Below are positions 11,728 through 23,378 of a stretch of 64,000 bases of DNA, one piece after another. This DNA comes from an uncultured bacterium (lineage in GTDB: Bacteria > Chloroflexota > UBA5177 > JANWHV01). Where the stretch lies: contig CAWHAE010000012.1 of assembly GCA_963827235.1 (NCBI GenBank), forward strand, positions 1,152,001 through 1,216,000, given 5' to 3'. The position numbers and the translations under genes were made by a program. Every line of letters starts with the position of its first letter. Position 1 is the first letter of the stretch. Below the pieces are notes generated by a model. It saw nothing but the letters and a program-made list of their open reading frames with translations. It was not told where the DNA came from and ran no database searches.

Positions 11728-12084
11728 TCAGGGCGCGCGATTGCCGACGGCATCACCGCCGGAGCGCGCGTCCACCACGGCGGTAGAGGCGCCAAACGCA
11801 TCGTAGTGAGCCTCCGACCAAACAGGGTTGCGCCGGCTGGCCAACATCGGCGTGCCGTCGTCTGCCTGTTGTCCGGACGGTACGACGCGGACCGTAACCT
11901 CTTGCCCCGACGGGGCCAGATACACCGGTGAGCTTGTACTGCTGTACGCGGCGAGCCCGCTGGCCGACTCAATTTCATTCCTCACGCCGATAGTCCTCCC
12001 ACGCCGGCGACCGGGCAGCGGCGTCGCTAAAGATCTCCATCCAGCCCGTGCCAGGCTTCGGAGAGAAGCCTGACCTGCCCACAT
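11728..12084 (-). CDS. hypothetical protein
   Basis: First ORF downstream of the signature promoter at 12242..12270. Confidence 0.4.
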   Translation of the reverse strand: MWAGQASLRSLARAGWRSLATPLPGRRRGRTIGVRNEIESASGLAAYSSTSSPVYLAPSGQEVTVRVVPSGQQADDGTPMLASRRNPVWSEAHYDAFGASTAVVDARSGGDAVGNRAP

Positions 12085-12241
12085 AGTCTTCCCGCCGGCA
12101 ACGCGTCGCCTTGCCCGCAGGATTGGCGAGCCCGCACCTACCAATCACCCTTGTCCGTGTGCAAGGCACGGTGTCTCTTGCTCGAAGGCCGCGCGCAGCC
12201 GTGGTAAGCAAAAGCACCTGGTACGACGTGGGTTCCTATGA

Positions 12242-12270
12242 AGTATGAGCGTGTAGCGGCGCAGTGTCAA
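12242..12270 (-). promoter_or_regulatory. island signature promoter
   Basis: Minus strand: AGGATATTTCaagaATAG TTGACA-N17-CATACT. Confidence 0.7.
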
Positions 12271-12401
12271 CTATTCTTGAAATATCCTATAGCTATACTC
12301 TGCAGAATACGCCATAACCCACTCGTATATCGTGAGGATAGTAATAACATAGTCATCCCAGCACGACCCCTGCAGAGCGGTGGATCGCTCGCGACACTAC
12401 G

Positions 12402-13586
12402 CTATCCGAGACCGCGGTCCTCGTCGACGGGCGCAGCCGGCCATCTGAGTACGAGTTCCGATCCGCGATGACGCCTCATTGCGATAGGGCGGGCGATGGC
12501 GATGAGAAGCAGGATAGTACCTCGCGTGGCAAAGTCCATGACCCGCATTGCCCCATCGGCAAGCGCGCAGGTCGTGCCGGGGATGCCCGTCGAATGGACG
12601 AGGAGCAGGACGAGAGCGCTGTCAGTCACGCCGAAACCCGATGGAGCGACAATGACGAGCGCGCCGAGGGCGGTGGCGAGCGCCGCCGATCCCAGAACTG
12701 CCATCGGGCTGGGCATGGTCATGCTCAAGTTCGCCAATATCACCCACAGCGCCATCACTCCGGCAAGCCAGGCACCGGCGCTGTATGGGATCAGACTGAG
12801 AACCTGTACGACCCGTGGCTTGATCGTAGTCCTGTCACCCTTGCGCGTTCCGGTGCCAAGTAGCCGTCCGCCCAGCCGCGCCAACCGGTTTTCGCGAAAG
12901 CGCGACCGGCGAACATGATGCCGCACGAGCTGCAGGAGTGGGCTCTCGCCGCCGGTGCCGAGCACGACGTAGAAGAACAGGATCATGCCAGTCGCCAGGC
13001 TAGCCAGGAGCAGGGCCACGGCAGAGGCATCGTGGTTGCCAAGGATTGGTAGAGGCTCGCGCATCCGTGCTTGCCGGAGGAGATACCAGCCGAGTGGAGT
13101 CCAAACCAGGGTGCCGCAGAACGCCAAAGCATTGGCGATCAGCAATATGGCAGCAGCCGTCCCGGCAACCACACCCCGGCGACGCAACACCAGCACCGCC
13201 CCGAGTGTGGATCCGGCAATGGTGCCGATGGCGCCAGCGAGGCTCGTGCTGAGGTAGATCCCCAACGCGGCTACCGCCGGCGTACGCACACCGAACTGTC
13301 GCATGAGGCGCTGCCACATCCGGCCAAGCAAGGCAACCGCGGCCACGTCGCAGATCCCGGCCAGAACCATCGCTTGCAGACTTAGCCTGTGAAGGGTCGC
13401 CAATGCATCCAGAGCTTTCGCCGGCACACCCCAATGGGCAGCGGCAAGACTGCACACGGCCAGCAAGAGGAAAGAAACCGCGCAATAACCGCCCCAGTGC
13501 CGGCTGTGAGGGTGCACCCCGGGAGGAGTCCGCATGTGCTCGACGACAGGCGGATGACTCAGTATCGCCACATACTTCTCCAGCAC
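12402..13586 (-). CDS. lysylphosphatidylglycerol-synthase TM-domain (flippase-like, UPF0104) protein
   Basis: Multi-TM protein; RMWQRLMR and APSGFGVTD motifs, late conserved R; start uncertain. Confidence 0.75.
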   Translation of the reverse strand: MLEKYVAILSHPPVVEHMRTPPGVHPHSRHWGGYCAVSFLLLAVCSLAAAHWGVPAKALDALATLHRLSLQAMVLAGICDVAAVALLGRMWQRLMRQFGVRTPAVAALGIYLSTSLAGAIGTIAGSTLGAVLVLRRRGVVAGTAAAILLIANALAFCGTLVWTPLGWYLLRQARMREPLPILGNHDASAVALLLASLATGMILFFYVVLGTGGESPLLQLVRHHVRRSRFRENRLARLGGRLLGTGTRKGDRTTIKPRVVQVLSLIPYSAGAWLAGVMALWVILANLSMTMPSPMAVLGSAALATALGALVIVAPSGFGVTDSALVLLLVHSTGIPGTTCALADGAMRVMDFATRGTILLLIAIARPIAMRRHRGSELVLRWPAAPVDEDRGLG

Positions 13587-13715
13587 GGGGCAGTTGATCG
13601 GTCAGGAACCGCCCTGTCACGGACGCGCATTCGTCACCACGATCGCGATGGCTCCCGAGCACTCGATGATTGAACTGAGCTTGCAGTGCCCCGCGTCGTA
13701 CCGGCGTTCTTCTCT

Positions 13716-13745
13716 AGCATGGGCCGCCCAGGGGCCTAGCGTCAA
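13716..13745 (-). promoter_or_regulatory. island signature promoter (variant)
   Basis: Minus strand: AGGATATTTCgtagATAG TTGACG-N18-(GCC)CATGCT. Confidence 0.6.
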
Positions 13746-13807
13746 CTATCTACGAAATATCCTCATTCTTTACAGCAGATTACATGCCGTGGTGCAGCAT
13801 TATACTG

Positions 13808-15772
13808 TTAGACTCGTAATGGTAATTTCTCGGCGCGCCCCGTTGTAGACCGGCTATAGTGGAGGATCGGCACCCGATCCTCTTCGCGGCGCCGGGTGCG
13901 GTGAGAAGGGAGATTGGCGAGCAGATCCGCATCGCCGGTGACGACCAGGGTCTCCTTGGGCAGTAACCGCCTCCAGAAGCGGGCGACTGCCACCGGGCCA
14001 TCGGAGGTGGCAGGCAGGTAGAGGTAACGATGGATGCGCCCATGTGCCAGGGCCAGCCGATCGGCCGTAGCGAACGCCGCTTGCGCCGCATGGTCGTCAA
14101 GGTACGGGTTAACCACTTCAAAGAGCTGAGGAGTGCGAGCGCGCGGAGCGCCCCGCCACGGTACAGGAACACGATCGGATCGCTCGCGGTCACTGCCTCC
14201 GCGGCCTGGACGAGTGCCGCGATGTCTGCCGCCTGTGCCGGCAGCACCGCCAGGACCGTGGCGGAGGCCGCGCCAGCCGGCCGCCATGCAGGAACACGGC
14301 CGGGTAGTCGCGATGATGCACGAGCGGAAGCGCCGGTGCAATGCCGTGCTGCCGCCGCAGCCGGTAGGTGAGCAGACCGATCAGCAGGCCGGTCAGGGTC
14401 ACCCCGCCGCCGAAGAGGGTGGCCAACGGCTTGGCCACCAGGTTGACGCTCCAGGCGAGGGTCACCAGGGCGGTGGTGAGAAGGCCCAGCGCGAATGTGA
14501 CGCGCCCGATCCGGTGGGGCGGTGGCTCCGTGGACTCCCGTTCCCCCTGGACTCGGGCGAGTGGACCGCGTGGCGCCGCTCGTGCCAGCGGACGATGTCC
14601 AGCGAGGCGCAGGTCAGGCTGAAGGCCCCCAGCAGCCCGAACGCGTAGAGATCGCCCAGCACGACCACGCTGCCCTGGGTGACCACAAGGACGAGCACCG
14701 GGATGGCCGTCGCCGCCAGTATTGCCCACTGCGGCGTCTGGCGCCAAGCATTTCGATGCGTGAGCAGCTTTGGCAGGAAGCCGACCCGTGAGAGGGCAAG
14801 GAAGACATGGTAGCTGCCGATCAGGGCGGTGTTGCTGGCGAAGACGAGCAAGAGCGCGGCGCTCAGCGCCACCCCGGCCTCGGCGGCGCGGCCCGCCGCA
14901 TAGCCCCCCAGGAGCGAAATGAACTGGTTGGGGTCGGTGTGCACGCCAATCGGGAGCACCGTCGTCGCCCACAGGGTAAGCAAGGGGCTGGTCAGGACCA
15001 TCGTCGCGACCAGCCCGCGCATCGCCAGCGCCACCACCCGCGTCCGCGGCTCCGCCATCACCGGGGAGAGTTGGGCGATGCTCTCCAGACCGGAAAAAGC
15101 CAGGAACGCGCCGGCGTAGCCGGTGAGCACACGCTGCGGTGTGAGGCTGGGCCCACTGAGCACGCGCGGCAGGTCGGACACCAACTGGCCGGGTCCCACG
15201 TGCAGGACCACCGCCAGCACCACGCCCAGCTGGCTGATCGCCGCCAGCACGGCGATGCCGGCGTTGACGGTGGCGCTGGCTCCGATGCCGTAGAGATTGA
15301 GTGCTGCCAACAGCAGCAGCGCACCGACGGTGATCGGCACTACCAGTGCGCTGAGCCTGGGCGCCACGTCGCTCAGGTAGATGATCCCGGAGAGAGCACT
15401 GAGCGCGGCGGTGAGGAAGTAGTCCACCAGGATGAACATGCCGCCGAGCAGGCCGGCGTAGGGGTGGATGGCATGCGCGGCCACGGTTACCACGCCGCCA
15501 CCTTCGGGATAGCGGACCGCTACTTCCGCGAACTTGCGGGTGAGCATCACGAAGACTACGAGGGTGAGGGCAACGAAGAGCGCCGCGTGGCGGCCCACTC
15601 CGGGCTGGTGAAAGAGGATGCCCGGCGTATAGTACACGGAGGTGCCGATGTCCGCGAAGACGACCGCCCAACAGAGAAACGGGCCAAGGCGCCGCCCGGC
15701 GGGCTGGGATTCGGTCATTGGTGAGCCGGCCGCGTCGCCCGTGCCGAACTGCGGCGGAGCGGCCTTGCTCAT
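13808..15772 (-). CDS. APC-superfamily permease with cytoplasmic C-terminal domain (about 3 frameshifts at ~14520, ~14270, ~14140)
   Basis: FADIGTSVYY, YPEGGGV, FLAFSGLESIAQ, DLYAFGLLGAF; continues in other frames as RIGRVTFALG...KPLATLFGG and PQLFEVVNPYLDD. Confidence 0.85.
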
Positions 15773-16025
15773 CGACGTTGAACCGTGTGCATGGCACTCC
15801 GGTGCCGGTCAGCGCTCTCCATCGCCACTCTGGACCAAGCCCGGAGCTCCAACCGCCTGCGCGTGCGCAGGCGGCACGCGCTGTTCGCGGCCAACCTCGG
15901 AGGTAGGCGTCGCCAGGCGTGCAGATGCCACCATGTCCACCAGTACGATAAAGGTTTCGTTCGCCGGACTGTGAGTCAGTCTCGGAAGCACTCGCATGTA
16001 CCGGCCTGTGCCTCTCGTTCTGTCG

Positions 16026-16103
16026 TCACAGACGTCGCACGCTAATTCCCAGCAAGCCCACTAACATGAGAATGACTATCGCCAGAGCGATTTCTACTGC
16101 CAC
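16026..16103 (-). CDS. 25-aa single-TM peptide homologous to the N-terminus of the SPFH proteins
   Basis: GAGAGGAAtggtgcc GTG then MAVEIALAIVILMLVGLLGISVRRL*; the SPFH gene has gagaggaactggtgcc ATG then MGVEIALAIVAVLFVTLLARTIRII. Confidence 0.6.
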   Translation of the reverse strand: MAVEIALAIVILMLVGLLGISVRRL

Positions 16104-16413
16104 GGCACCATTCCTCTCCTGACCTGCTCACGTGTTGCTCCCTCACTCGAGTACCGCGGCAATCCAAGGTTTGCCGCAAAGAGCCTGGTCTGTGCGCCTG
16201 CGTGAAGCCTCTCAAGCCAAACAAGCATGGTCGCAGCCGGACAAGGTCTCACCCAGCAGTCATCGTGCCTCCTGCGCGCTACCGGAAAGCCACATCCGTG
16301 AGGTGCCCTCAGTGGCCGTCCGTCAAACCAATGGTACATCCCAGGATACTAAGGGCATAGAGCCAGACCAGTGGAAGGTTTCCATCTATAGCTAGAAGAT
16401 CTTCGATGTATAG

Positions 16414-16442
16414 TTGACATGTGGCTGCCCGGCGCCCATACT
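16414..16442 (+). promoter_or_regulatory. island signature promoter (pspA)
   Basis: AAGATCTTCgatgTATAG TTGACA-N17-(GCC)CATACT. Confidence 0.7.
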
Positions 16443-16694
16443 CTGAAGGGATCCCCCCCGATGGCGCCCGGCGTGCTCACCGCCGTGCCGCCCATGAGCG
16501 CCAGTTGCCGTGCGGAGCATGGCAGGCTGGCGGTGCAAAGCCGTTGCGCTGCAGGTTAGTGCGCCGGGAGGTTGAGAAGTAGCTTGTTGCGCATGCGGCT
16601 CGTGAGAACGTGTCGCCATCGCGCGCGGAGTGGGCTCGATGGGACAGCACCCTCACCGGCCCAAGACATCTAGATTCGAGCACAGGAGGTGGTC

Positions 16695-17747
16695 ATGGCA
16701 GGCATACTTGGACGTATCTCGATGCTCTTCAAGGCAAAGATGAACTCGACGCTCGACGCCGCCGAGAATCCCAACGAAGCGCTCGACCTGTCGTACGAGC
16801 AGCAGGTGGAACAGCTGCAGAAGGTGCGTCGGGGCATCGCCGACGTGGTGACCGCCAAGTCGCACCTACAGCTCCAGCTCGCCCATCTAGGGGAGGATTC
16901 TGCCAGATACGACTCCCAGGCTCGCCAAGCGCTGGCTGCCAACCGCGAGGACCTGGCACGCCTGGCCCTGTCTCGCAAGGCAGAGCAGGCACAACAGGTG
17001 CAGAGCTTGCAGTCCCAGGTGCAAACCCTGGAGACCCAGCAACAGCAGCTCCAGGACGGCGAACAACGACTGGCGGCCAAGATCGAGGCCTTTCGCACGA
17101 GGAAAGAGACCATCAAGGCGCAGTACACCGCGGCCCAGGCACAGGTGCGAATCGGCGAGGCAAGCTCCGGCATCTCCGAGGAGATGGCCGATGTCAATGC
17201 CGCCCTGCAGCGGGCCGAGGACAAGACCCAGACCATGCAGGCTCGAGCCAATGCCATTGGGGAGCTGACGGCCGCGGGCACCTTGCCCGACCTGTTGACC
17301 GCCAGCGGGGACGACGTGCAGGCCCAGCTCGACCAGATCTCGGCCGGCAGCAGCGTCGATGCAGAGCTTGCCGCACTGAAGAGCCAGCTTGGCGCGGCGA
17401 CCCCGCCTGCCGCGCAGCTCGGGGAGCACGTGGACGCTCCCGGGATGATCGTGCGTGTGCAGGGCAGTGGGCAGTACCGCCTGGCGCAGCCCGACATCGA
17501 TACCCTGCACGGACTCGATCACCAGCTTGCCGAGGCCGTTCACGCCAATGACGCCCCGGGCGTACACAAACTGCTTGGCCAGATGATCACGCTTGTGCAG
17601 ACGCGCGGGACCAGCGCCGGCGCCGATGAGCTGGTGTCGTCGGCTATCATACTGCCGCCCGACACGCTCACCATCGAGGAGGTACAGGCCCTGCTTCGCG
17701 ACGACAGCCTGCTGGACAGCGCCGCGCCCGCCGCATCGTTGGCGTAA
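16695..17747 (+). CDS. pspA: PspA/IM30 protein fused to a PspAA-like C-terminal domain
   Basis: LDAAENPNEALDLSYEQQ...ARQALAANREDLARLAL...AKIEAFRTRKETIKAQYTAAQAQ; tail MIVRVQGSGQYRL...IILPPDTLTIEEV; AGGAGG RBS. Confidence 0.9.
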   Translation: MAGILGRISMLFKAKMNSTLDAAENPNEALDLSYEQQVEQLQKVRRGIADVVTAKSHLQLQLAHLGEDSARYDSQARQALAANREDLARLALSRKAEQAQQVQSLQSQVQTLETQQQQLQDGEQRLAAKIEAFRTRKETIKAQYTAAQAQVRIGEASSGISEEMADVNAALQRAEDKTQTMQARANAIGELTAAGTLPDLLTASGDDVQAQLDQISAGSSVDAELAALKSQLGAATPPAAQLGEHVDAPGMIVRVQGSGQYRLAQPDIDTLHGLDHQLAEAVHANDAPGVHKLLGQMITLVQTRGTSAGADELVSSAIILPPDTLTIEEVQALLRDDSLLDSAAPAASLA

Positions 17748-18087
17748 GGCCGTTGCCGGCCTCCAGGCCCACTCTGACGTCTCGGCGAGCGCATCGCGGC
17801 CGGCGGTGACGATGGGCACGTGACGAACAAGGACTGCAACCTCAACCCGCCGCGGTGCACTCGCTCTGCGAGGACGTGGCCGGCCATTCGAGGGTATTGC
17901 GTGCGGCACGACACGATCGAGCGCCTCCGCAGCCTGTGTGCCTATCCACGATCGCGGATCGGGCGGCGCACGAACGTTCGTTAACGCCGCGGGCGCGAGC
18001 CGTCCGCGCAACGGATGGCGGCTACCGGCAGGTCAAAGCTGCCTGGATGCGAGGGTTTCAGCCATCTTGGGGGAGCGAGAAAACGAC

Positions 18088-19428
18088 ATGATGCATGCGC
18101 ACCGAAGCCCAGAGCAACTGGGAATTCGCCTGAGCAGCTACCCGAGCCCGTCCAGGGCCGGCGGCCACAGTGTCGCCTACGTCGGCACCTATCCGCCGCG
18201 CGCCTGTGGCATTGCCACCTTTACCCGAGACTTGAGCGAGGCTATCGGTCAAAGCCAGCAGCATATCAGCAGCGCCATCATGGCCATCACCGACGAGGAT
18301 ACGCACGACGCCTATCCCAATCTGGTCCACTGGACGATCGACCAGCACGACCCGCACAGCTGGCAGCGTGCCGCGGAGCAGCTCAACAGGGCTCCCGTCG
18401 ATCTCGTCTGCATTCAGCATGAGTTCGGCATCTACGGCCGTTTCGATCCAGGCGGGCGCTTTACCGACTACCTGGCCGGCTTTCTGCAGCGCATCGCGAA
18501 GCCCGTGGTCACGACCCTGCATACCGTGCTGCCGCAGCCTCCCCCGGACCTTCGACAGGCTATTCGCCTGTTGCACGATCACAGCGCGGCTGTTGTCACG
18601 ATGGTGAACCAGGCTCGCCGGATTCTCACCCAGGACTACGGCCTGACCGCCGGTCGCCTTCACACCATCCCGCACGGTGTGCCGGAGGCCCCATGGGTCC
18701 CCCCGGAGCGTGCCAAGAAGTTATTGGGGCTTGATGGGCACACGATCCTCAGCACCTTCGGCTTGCTCAGCCAGGGCAAAGGCATCGAATATGCGATTCG
18801 CGCCTTGCCCTCGGTGCTGCAGCAGCATCCGGACGTGCTCTACCTCGTGCTTGGCGCGACCCATCCGGAGATCAGGCGCTCGGAAGGAGAGCGCTATCGC
18901 CACATGCTGCTTGATCTGGTCGAGTCGCTGCATCTCCGGCAGTCGGTGCGATTCGTCAACCAATACCTCACTCAGCAGGAGGTAGTCCGCTACCTCCAGG
19001 CCACGGACATCTACCTCACGCCCTATACTCAGCGCAATCAAATCACCAGCGGCACCCTGGCCTACGCGCTCGGCTGCGGCAAGGTCGCGGTCTCCACCCC
19101 GTATCTCTATGCCGTGGAAGCCCTGTCCGAAGGCAGGGGCCTGCTGGCCGAGTTTGGCAATCCCGAGTCGTTTGCCGCCTGTATCAACCGGTTACTGGAG
19201 CACGAATCCGAGCGCTGGCAGTGTGAGCGTCGCGCGCTGGTCTACGGCATGCGCATGGGCTGGTCGGAAGTAGGCGCTCAGTATGCCAGGCTCTTTGGCC
19301 AGGTGGCAGGCTGGTCCGGTGCGTCGATACCGATGGGACTGCTCGACCCTGGTGAGCGGACAACCTCCCCCTTTGACGCACCGCGCCTCACACGAAGACC
19401 TGGCGTCCCGGTAACCACCGTCGAATGA
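18088..19428 (+). CDS. GT4-family glycosyltransferase, copy 2
   Basis: GTYPPRACGIATFTRDL, QHEFGIY, TFGLLSQGKGIE, QITSGTLAYALGCGK. Confidence 0.92.
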   Translation: MMHAHRSPEQLGIRLSSYPSPSRAGGHSVAYVGTYPPRACGIATFTRDLSEAIGQSQQHISSAIMAITDEDTHDAYPNLVHWTIDQHDPHSWQRAAEQLNRAPVDLVCIQHEFGIYGRFDPGGRFTDYLAGFLQRIAKPVVTTLHTVLPQPPPDLRQAIRLLHDHSAAVVTMVNQARRILTQDYGLTAGRLHTIPHGVPEAPWVPPERAKKLLGLDGHTILSTFGLLSQGKGIEYAIRALPSVLQQHPDVLYLVLGATHPEIRRSEGERYRHMLLDLVESLHLRQSVRFVNQYLTQQEVVRYLQATDIYLTPYTQRNQITSGTLAYALGCGKVAVSTPYLYAVEALSEGRGLLAEFGNPESFAACINRLLEHESERWQCERRALVYGMRMGWSEVGAQYARLFGQVAGWSGASIPMGLLDPGERTTSPFDAPRLTRRPGVPVTTVE

Positions 19429-19928
19429 CACCGAAGGCCGGCTGACAGACCTCTGCCGCACTTGGCGCTACCGAGCAGATGCGGTGGGCACCGAGTACCG
19501 CAAAAGCCGCCCTGCTGCCCCGGCCATCCGGTCTTCCGCCACCAGTTGGCGCGACGGCAGGGAGGCCGGGTTATGCGTGAAATTCCCTGTATCTATATGC
19601 CGTGGATTGCGCTATCATTATGTCATATGCTATGAGGTTCCTATTACTATGATCAGGTGGTCATGACGCGCCTGCCTGGCTGTGTTACTGCCGCCGTGAA
19701 GGCATATATGGCCGCGAAGCGCGCCGCGGCGGAGAATCCAGACGAGGCACTTGACCCCAGCTACGACCAGCAAGCGGCGCTTCAGGCGTTGCTCGGCGGA
19801 AGCCTGCCGGCCGGCCTCGGGCGAGCTCCATGACGGCCCCCAGCGCTACAACAGACTAGAGTGCGCCCCGGCACGATGGCGATGGTCCGCGCGAGCCGGT
19901 CCCCGGCAGCCGGGAATCCGCCCCGGGG

Positions 19929-21980
19929 ATGGAGAAAGCCGTGGATGAGCTCGGCAAGAGGAGATCCTCGGGATCTCAGCCGCCCCCTGGACCTCCTGCC
20001 AAGAGGCCGTTGCACTTCGGCATGTCGCGACGCCAGTGGCTCGGCTGGATGGCGGCGATTCTCATCTTCAATCTCGTGTTCTATGGCCCGTTGCTCAACC
20101 GTTCGAGCAGCAGCCCAACCATCACCCTGCCCTACAGCACCTTTCTCGTCCAGGTCAAGTCAGGCGCTATCAAGACGGCAGACGTCTCCAGCAGCACCGC
20201 TTCCGGCGACTTCAGGCAACAATATAAGGATCCGTCTACCGGTACCGCCTATTCGCACTATACGACGACGCTCCTACCGATCGACGATCCGGCGCTGGTA
20301 GACACCTTGACCTCCCACAACGTGCTGGTCACCGGCACAAGCTCTGTCACACCGATCTGGCTCAGCGTGCTCACGCTCGTGCTGCAAGCCCTGCCGTTTC
20401 TCTTCTTCATCGGCCTGATCTACTTCGGCATGCGCGCGGTACGCGGCCAGCAACAGGGTCTATTCAGCTTCGGCAAGAGTCGGGCCAAGCTCTACACGGT
20501 CGAACGTCCCGCTACCACCTTCGCCGACGTGGCAGGTGTGGACGCCGCCAAGGCGGAGCTGCGCGAAGAGGTGGACTTCCTGCGCGATCCCACCAAGTAC
20601 TTGCTCCTCGGCGCGCGCATCCCCAAGGGTGTGCTGCTTGTGGGACCTCCCGGCACCGGCAAGACGCTGATGGCGCGTGCCGTCGCCGGCGAGGCTCGCA
20701 CACCGTTCTTTAGCATCAGCGCCACCGAGTTTGTGGAGATGTTCGTGGGCGTGGGTGCAAGCCGGGTGCGCGACCTGTTCGACAAGGCGAAGGCCAATGC
20801 GCCGTCCATCGTCTTCATCGACGAGATCGACGCGATCGGCCGGAGGCGCGGCGGCAGTGGGCCGATCGGCGGCGGCTCGAACGACGAACGCGAGCAGACT
20901 CTCAACCAGCTGCTCTCGGCAATGGATGGCTTCGAGCCAAACGAGGCAGTGATCGTGCTGGCTGCTACCAACCGGCCCGAGGTCCTGGATCCGGCGCTGC
21001 TGCGGCCCGGCCGGTTCGACCGCCAGGTCGCCGTCGATCCGCCCGACCGGCAGGGCCGGGAGGCGATCCTGAAGTTACATACGAAGCAGATCCCGCTTGC
21101 TGGCGACGTGCAACTGGGACTGGTCGCCCAGGCAACGCCGGGTATGAGCGGGGCGGACCTGGCTAACCTGGCCAATGAGGCAGCATTGATCGCGGCGCGC
21201 ACGGGCAGGGCAGCGGTCACGGCTTCCGATTTCGATGCCGCACTGGACCGCATCACGCTCGGCGCGTTGGGGGCGGCATTGATGAACGAGGACGAGCGCC
21301 GTACAGCCTCCTATCACGAGAGTGGGCACGCACTGGTCGCACACCTCCTGCCCAATATGGATGTCATTCGCCGCGTCACGATCACGCCTCGCGGCCGCTC
21401 GCTGGGGGTTACGCAGTTCTTGCCGATTGACGATCGGCGTAGCTACCGGCGGGACTATTTGCTCAACCGTATGACGGTGGGGCTAGGTGGGCGCACGGCA
21501 GAGGAAATCGCCTGCGAGGACATAACGTCAGGAGCGCAGAATGACCTGCAGGTGGTGACCCGCCTGGCGCGCGCCATGGTCACGGAGCTCGGCATGGCCG
21601 ATGAGCTAGGCCCTGAGTTCTTTGGCGGCTCCGGCGATGGTGGTCTGGGCGGCAACCCGTATGCGGCCTGGGAGCCGAAAGAACACGGCGGTGAGACCGC
21701 GCAGCGTATCGATGCCGCCGTCCACCGGCTGATCGACGAGGCACACCGGCAGGCACAGGCTCTGCTCAGTGAGAACCGCGCCGCGCTCGACGCGATCGCC
21801 GCGGCGCTCATGCGGGAGGAGTCGTTGAACCTCGAGCAAATCGTTGCCCTGGTGCAGGAGACGCATAATCTCGGGAATGGCCACGCGGTCGTGCCGGTCG
21901 ATCACCTTCGGGCCGAGAAGGCTGATGGGCGTCGCAAGTTGCGAACCGGGACGTCCGGCGGCGCAGCGCACCTGCAGTGA
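19929..21980 (+). CDS. ftsH: ATP-dependent zinc metalloprotease FtsH
   Basis: 2 TM segments, [31 protein letters not shown]. Confidence 0.97.
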   Translation: MEKAVDELGKRRSSGSQPPPGPPAKRPLHFGMSRRQWLGWMAAILIFNLVFYGPLLNRSSSSPTITLPYSTFLVQVKSGAIKTADVSSSTASGDFRQQYKDPSTGTAYSHYTTTLLPIDDPALVDTLTSHNVLVTGTSSVTPIWLSVLTLVLQALPFLFFIGLIYFGMRAVRGQQQGLFSFGKSRAKLYTVERPATTFADVAGVDAAKAELREEVDFLRDPTKYLLLGARIPKGVLLVGPPGTGKTLMARAVAGEARTPFFSISATEFVEMFVGVGASRVRDLFDKAKANAPSIVFIDEIDAIGRRRGGSGPIGGGSNDEREQTLNQLLSAMDGFEPNEAVIVLAATNRPEVLDPALLRPGRFDRQVAVDPPDRQGREAILKLHTKQIPLAGDVQLGLVAQATPGMSGADLANLANEAALIAARTGRAAVTASDFDAALDRITLGALGAALMNEDERRTASYHESGHALVAHLLPNMDVIRRVTITPRGRSLGVTQFLPIDDRRSYRRDYLLNRMTVGLGGRTAEEIACEDITSGAQNDLQVVTRLARAMVTELGMADELGPEFFGGSGDGGLGGNPYAAWEPKEHGGETAQRIDAAVHRLIDEAHRQAQALLSENRAALDAIAAALMREESLNLEQIVALVQETHNLGNGHAVVPVDHLRAEKADGRRKLRTGTSGGAAHLQ

Positions 21981-22342
21981 CGCTCGAGCCCGCAAGCATC
22001 GTTGACTGTGACGATGCGCAAGAAGGTGGCCTCACCTCCGCGGCGAATGTGTGGGCAGTTGCAGGTTGCCGATCCCAACGAGGTCGATTGCCGGCTGCCG
22101 GCCCCACGCCGGGCATGCACGCGCGATTCACGCACCGCCCAGCCGTCGTGCCGACACGGGGTGGCAACTGAGCTCCGGCTGTCCCATCTTGAATCGCCCA
22201 ACAGCAAGCAACCCAGCCTAATAGAGTCATATTGCTCAACTCAAACGGCCGGTATTCGTTCAGCTGGGATGAGGAAAGTAGTAGTATGCGATCAGGTGGC
22301 GGGAGCTGTTCTCGCTGGCGCGAGGTAGGCCGGGAGAATACG

Positions 22343-22561
22343 ATGAAGGCCGCACATACGTTTGCTTTAGAGTTTGCGCTGCTGAACCATGACGAGGATC
22401 TCCTCGAGCGGCTCCAGAGCGGGCTGAAAGTCCGGACTGAGCGTGCGATCAAGCTCGATGCGGCGGCGATCGTCTATGAGACGAGCGCGTTGGCAATTGA
22501 GTCGTGCACCCTCACGCTTTCGACTGAGCTGCAGGAGCGAACGGCCGTGCCCACCGGTTAG
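22343..22561 (+). CDS. small hypothetical protein
   Basis: GGGAG RBS; 72 aa starting MKAAHTFALEFALLNHDEDLLERL. Confidence 0.5.
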   Translation: MKAAHTFALEFALLNHDEDLLERLQSGLKVRTERAIKLDAAAIVYETSALAIESCTLTLSTELQERTAVPTG

Positions 22562-22738
22562 GTCCCGGCACGGTCGAAATCATCTGCGCGCCAAGCCCTT
22601 TCTGCGCCCGGATTATCGGCTGTGCTTTATGTGAAACCGACCTCCAGCCAAACATCGCTCAGTGTCGTTCCGCGGCGTCCGCGGGCGCTGATGCCGCTGG
22701 TGGAGGCCGCGCCAGGACAACCAAGCGCTTCGACGCTC

Positions 22739-22784
22739 ACAACAGAGCCGGGAGGTAGCGTACGCTACCTCCCGGCTCTGTTGT
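22739..22784. terminator. 46-bp perfect palindrome, probable bidirectional terminator
   Basis: acaacagagccgggaggtagcgt|acgctacctcccggctctgttgt between convergent genes. Confidence 0.75.
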
Positions 22785-22796
22785 TGCGCCGTGGGC

Positions 22797-23297
22797 CTAC
22801 TTGCTGGAGGCGGTCTTCTCAGGGATCTTCGGCCCCTGGATTGCGCCGGCGCTCACCTTGATGGTGTGAGCGCGTGCGTGCTGCGCCTTGGCCAGGCGAA
22901 GGGTCAGCATGCCCCAATCATACGTGGCCTGGGCTCCTTCGGCATCTACCGCCATCGGCAAGCTGAAGGCCTGCTCAAAGTGACCCGCCCCAATACCATT
23001 CCAGATCTGCTCGGCGTTCTCGAAGGACTGACTGGCGCGTTCGCCCTTCAGATAGACCGTGTCGCCCTGGACAGTGACCTGTACCTTGTCCGGGTCGACC
23101 CCCGGCAGCGAGAACTGCGCTATATAGCCGTCAGCGGTCTCATAGAGGTTGGCCGACACCGACAGGTTGGCCCCGACCGTGCCGAGCAACGTGCGTGGGC
23201 TGATGAAGCTATCAGCCACCAGACGGTCCATCGCATCCCGAAGCGAGACCGCGTCCTGCAATGGCTGCCAAACGGCACGAATTGTCATGGTCGTCAT
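22797..23297 (-). CDS. Hsp20/alpha-crystallin small heat-shock protein
   Basis: SLRDAMDRLV, NLYETAD, LPGVDPDKVQV, FEQAFSLPMAVD, ATYDWGMLTLRLAK. Confidence 0.93.
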   Translation of the reverse strand: MTTMTIRAVWQPLQDAVSLRDAMDRLVADSFISPRTLLGTVGANLSVSANLYETADGYIAQFSLPGVDPDKVQVTVQGDTVYLKGERASQSFENAEQIWNGIGAGHFEQAFSLPMAVDAEGAQATYDWGMLTLRLAKAQHARAHTIKVSAGAIQGPKIPEKTASSK

Positions 23298-23378
23298 TCT
23301 TTCCCAACCGTGCGCCCTCGCACGATTGAACCGTACTGCGGGTTCCTTTGTGTGGGAGCATTGCGCCCCCATAAGGTA

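Noticed and set aside
15773-16400. c-di-AMP (ydaO) riboswitch ahead of the APC permease
   Set aside because: The conserved GCTGAA...GGGGxACC...GGGGTGAA...CCCGxCAGCTAA elements were not found by eye.
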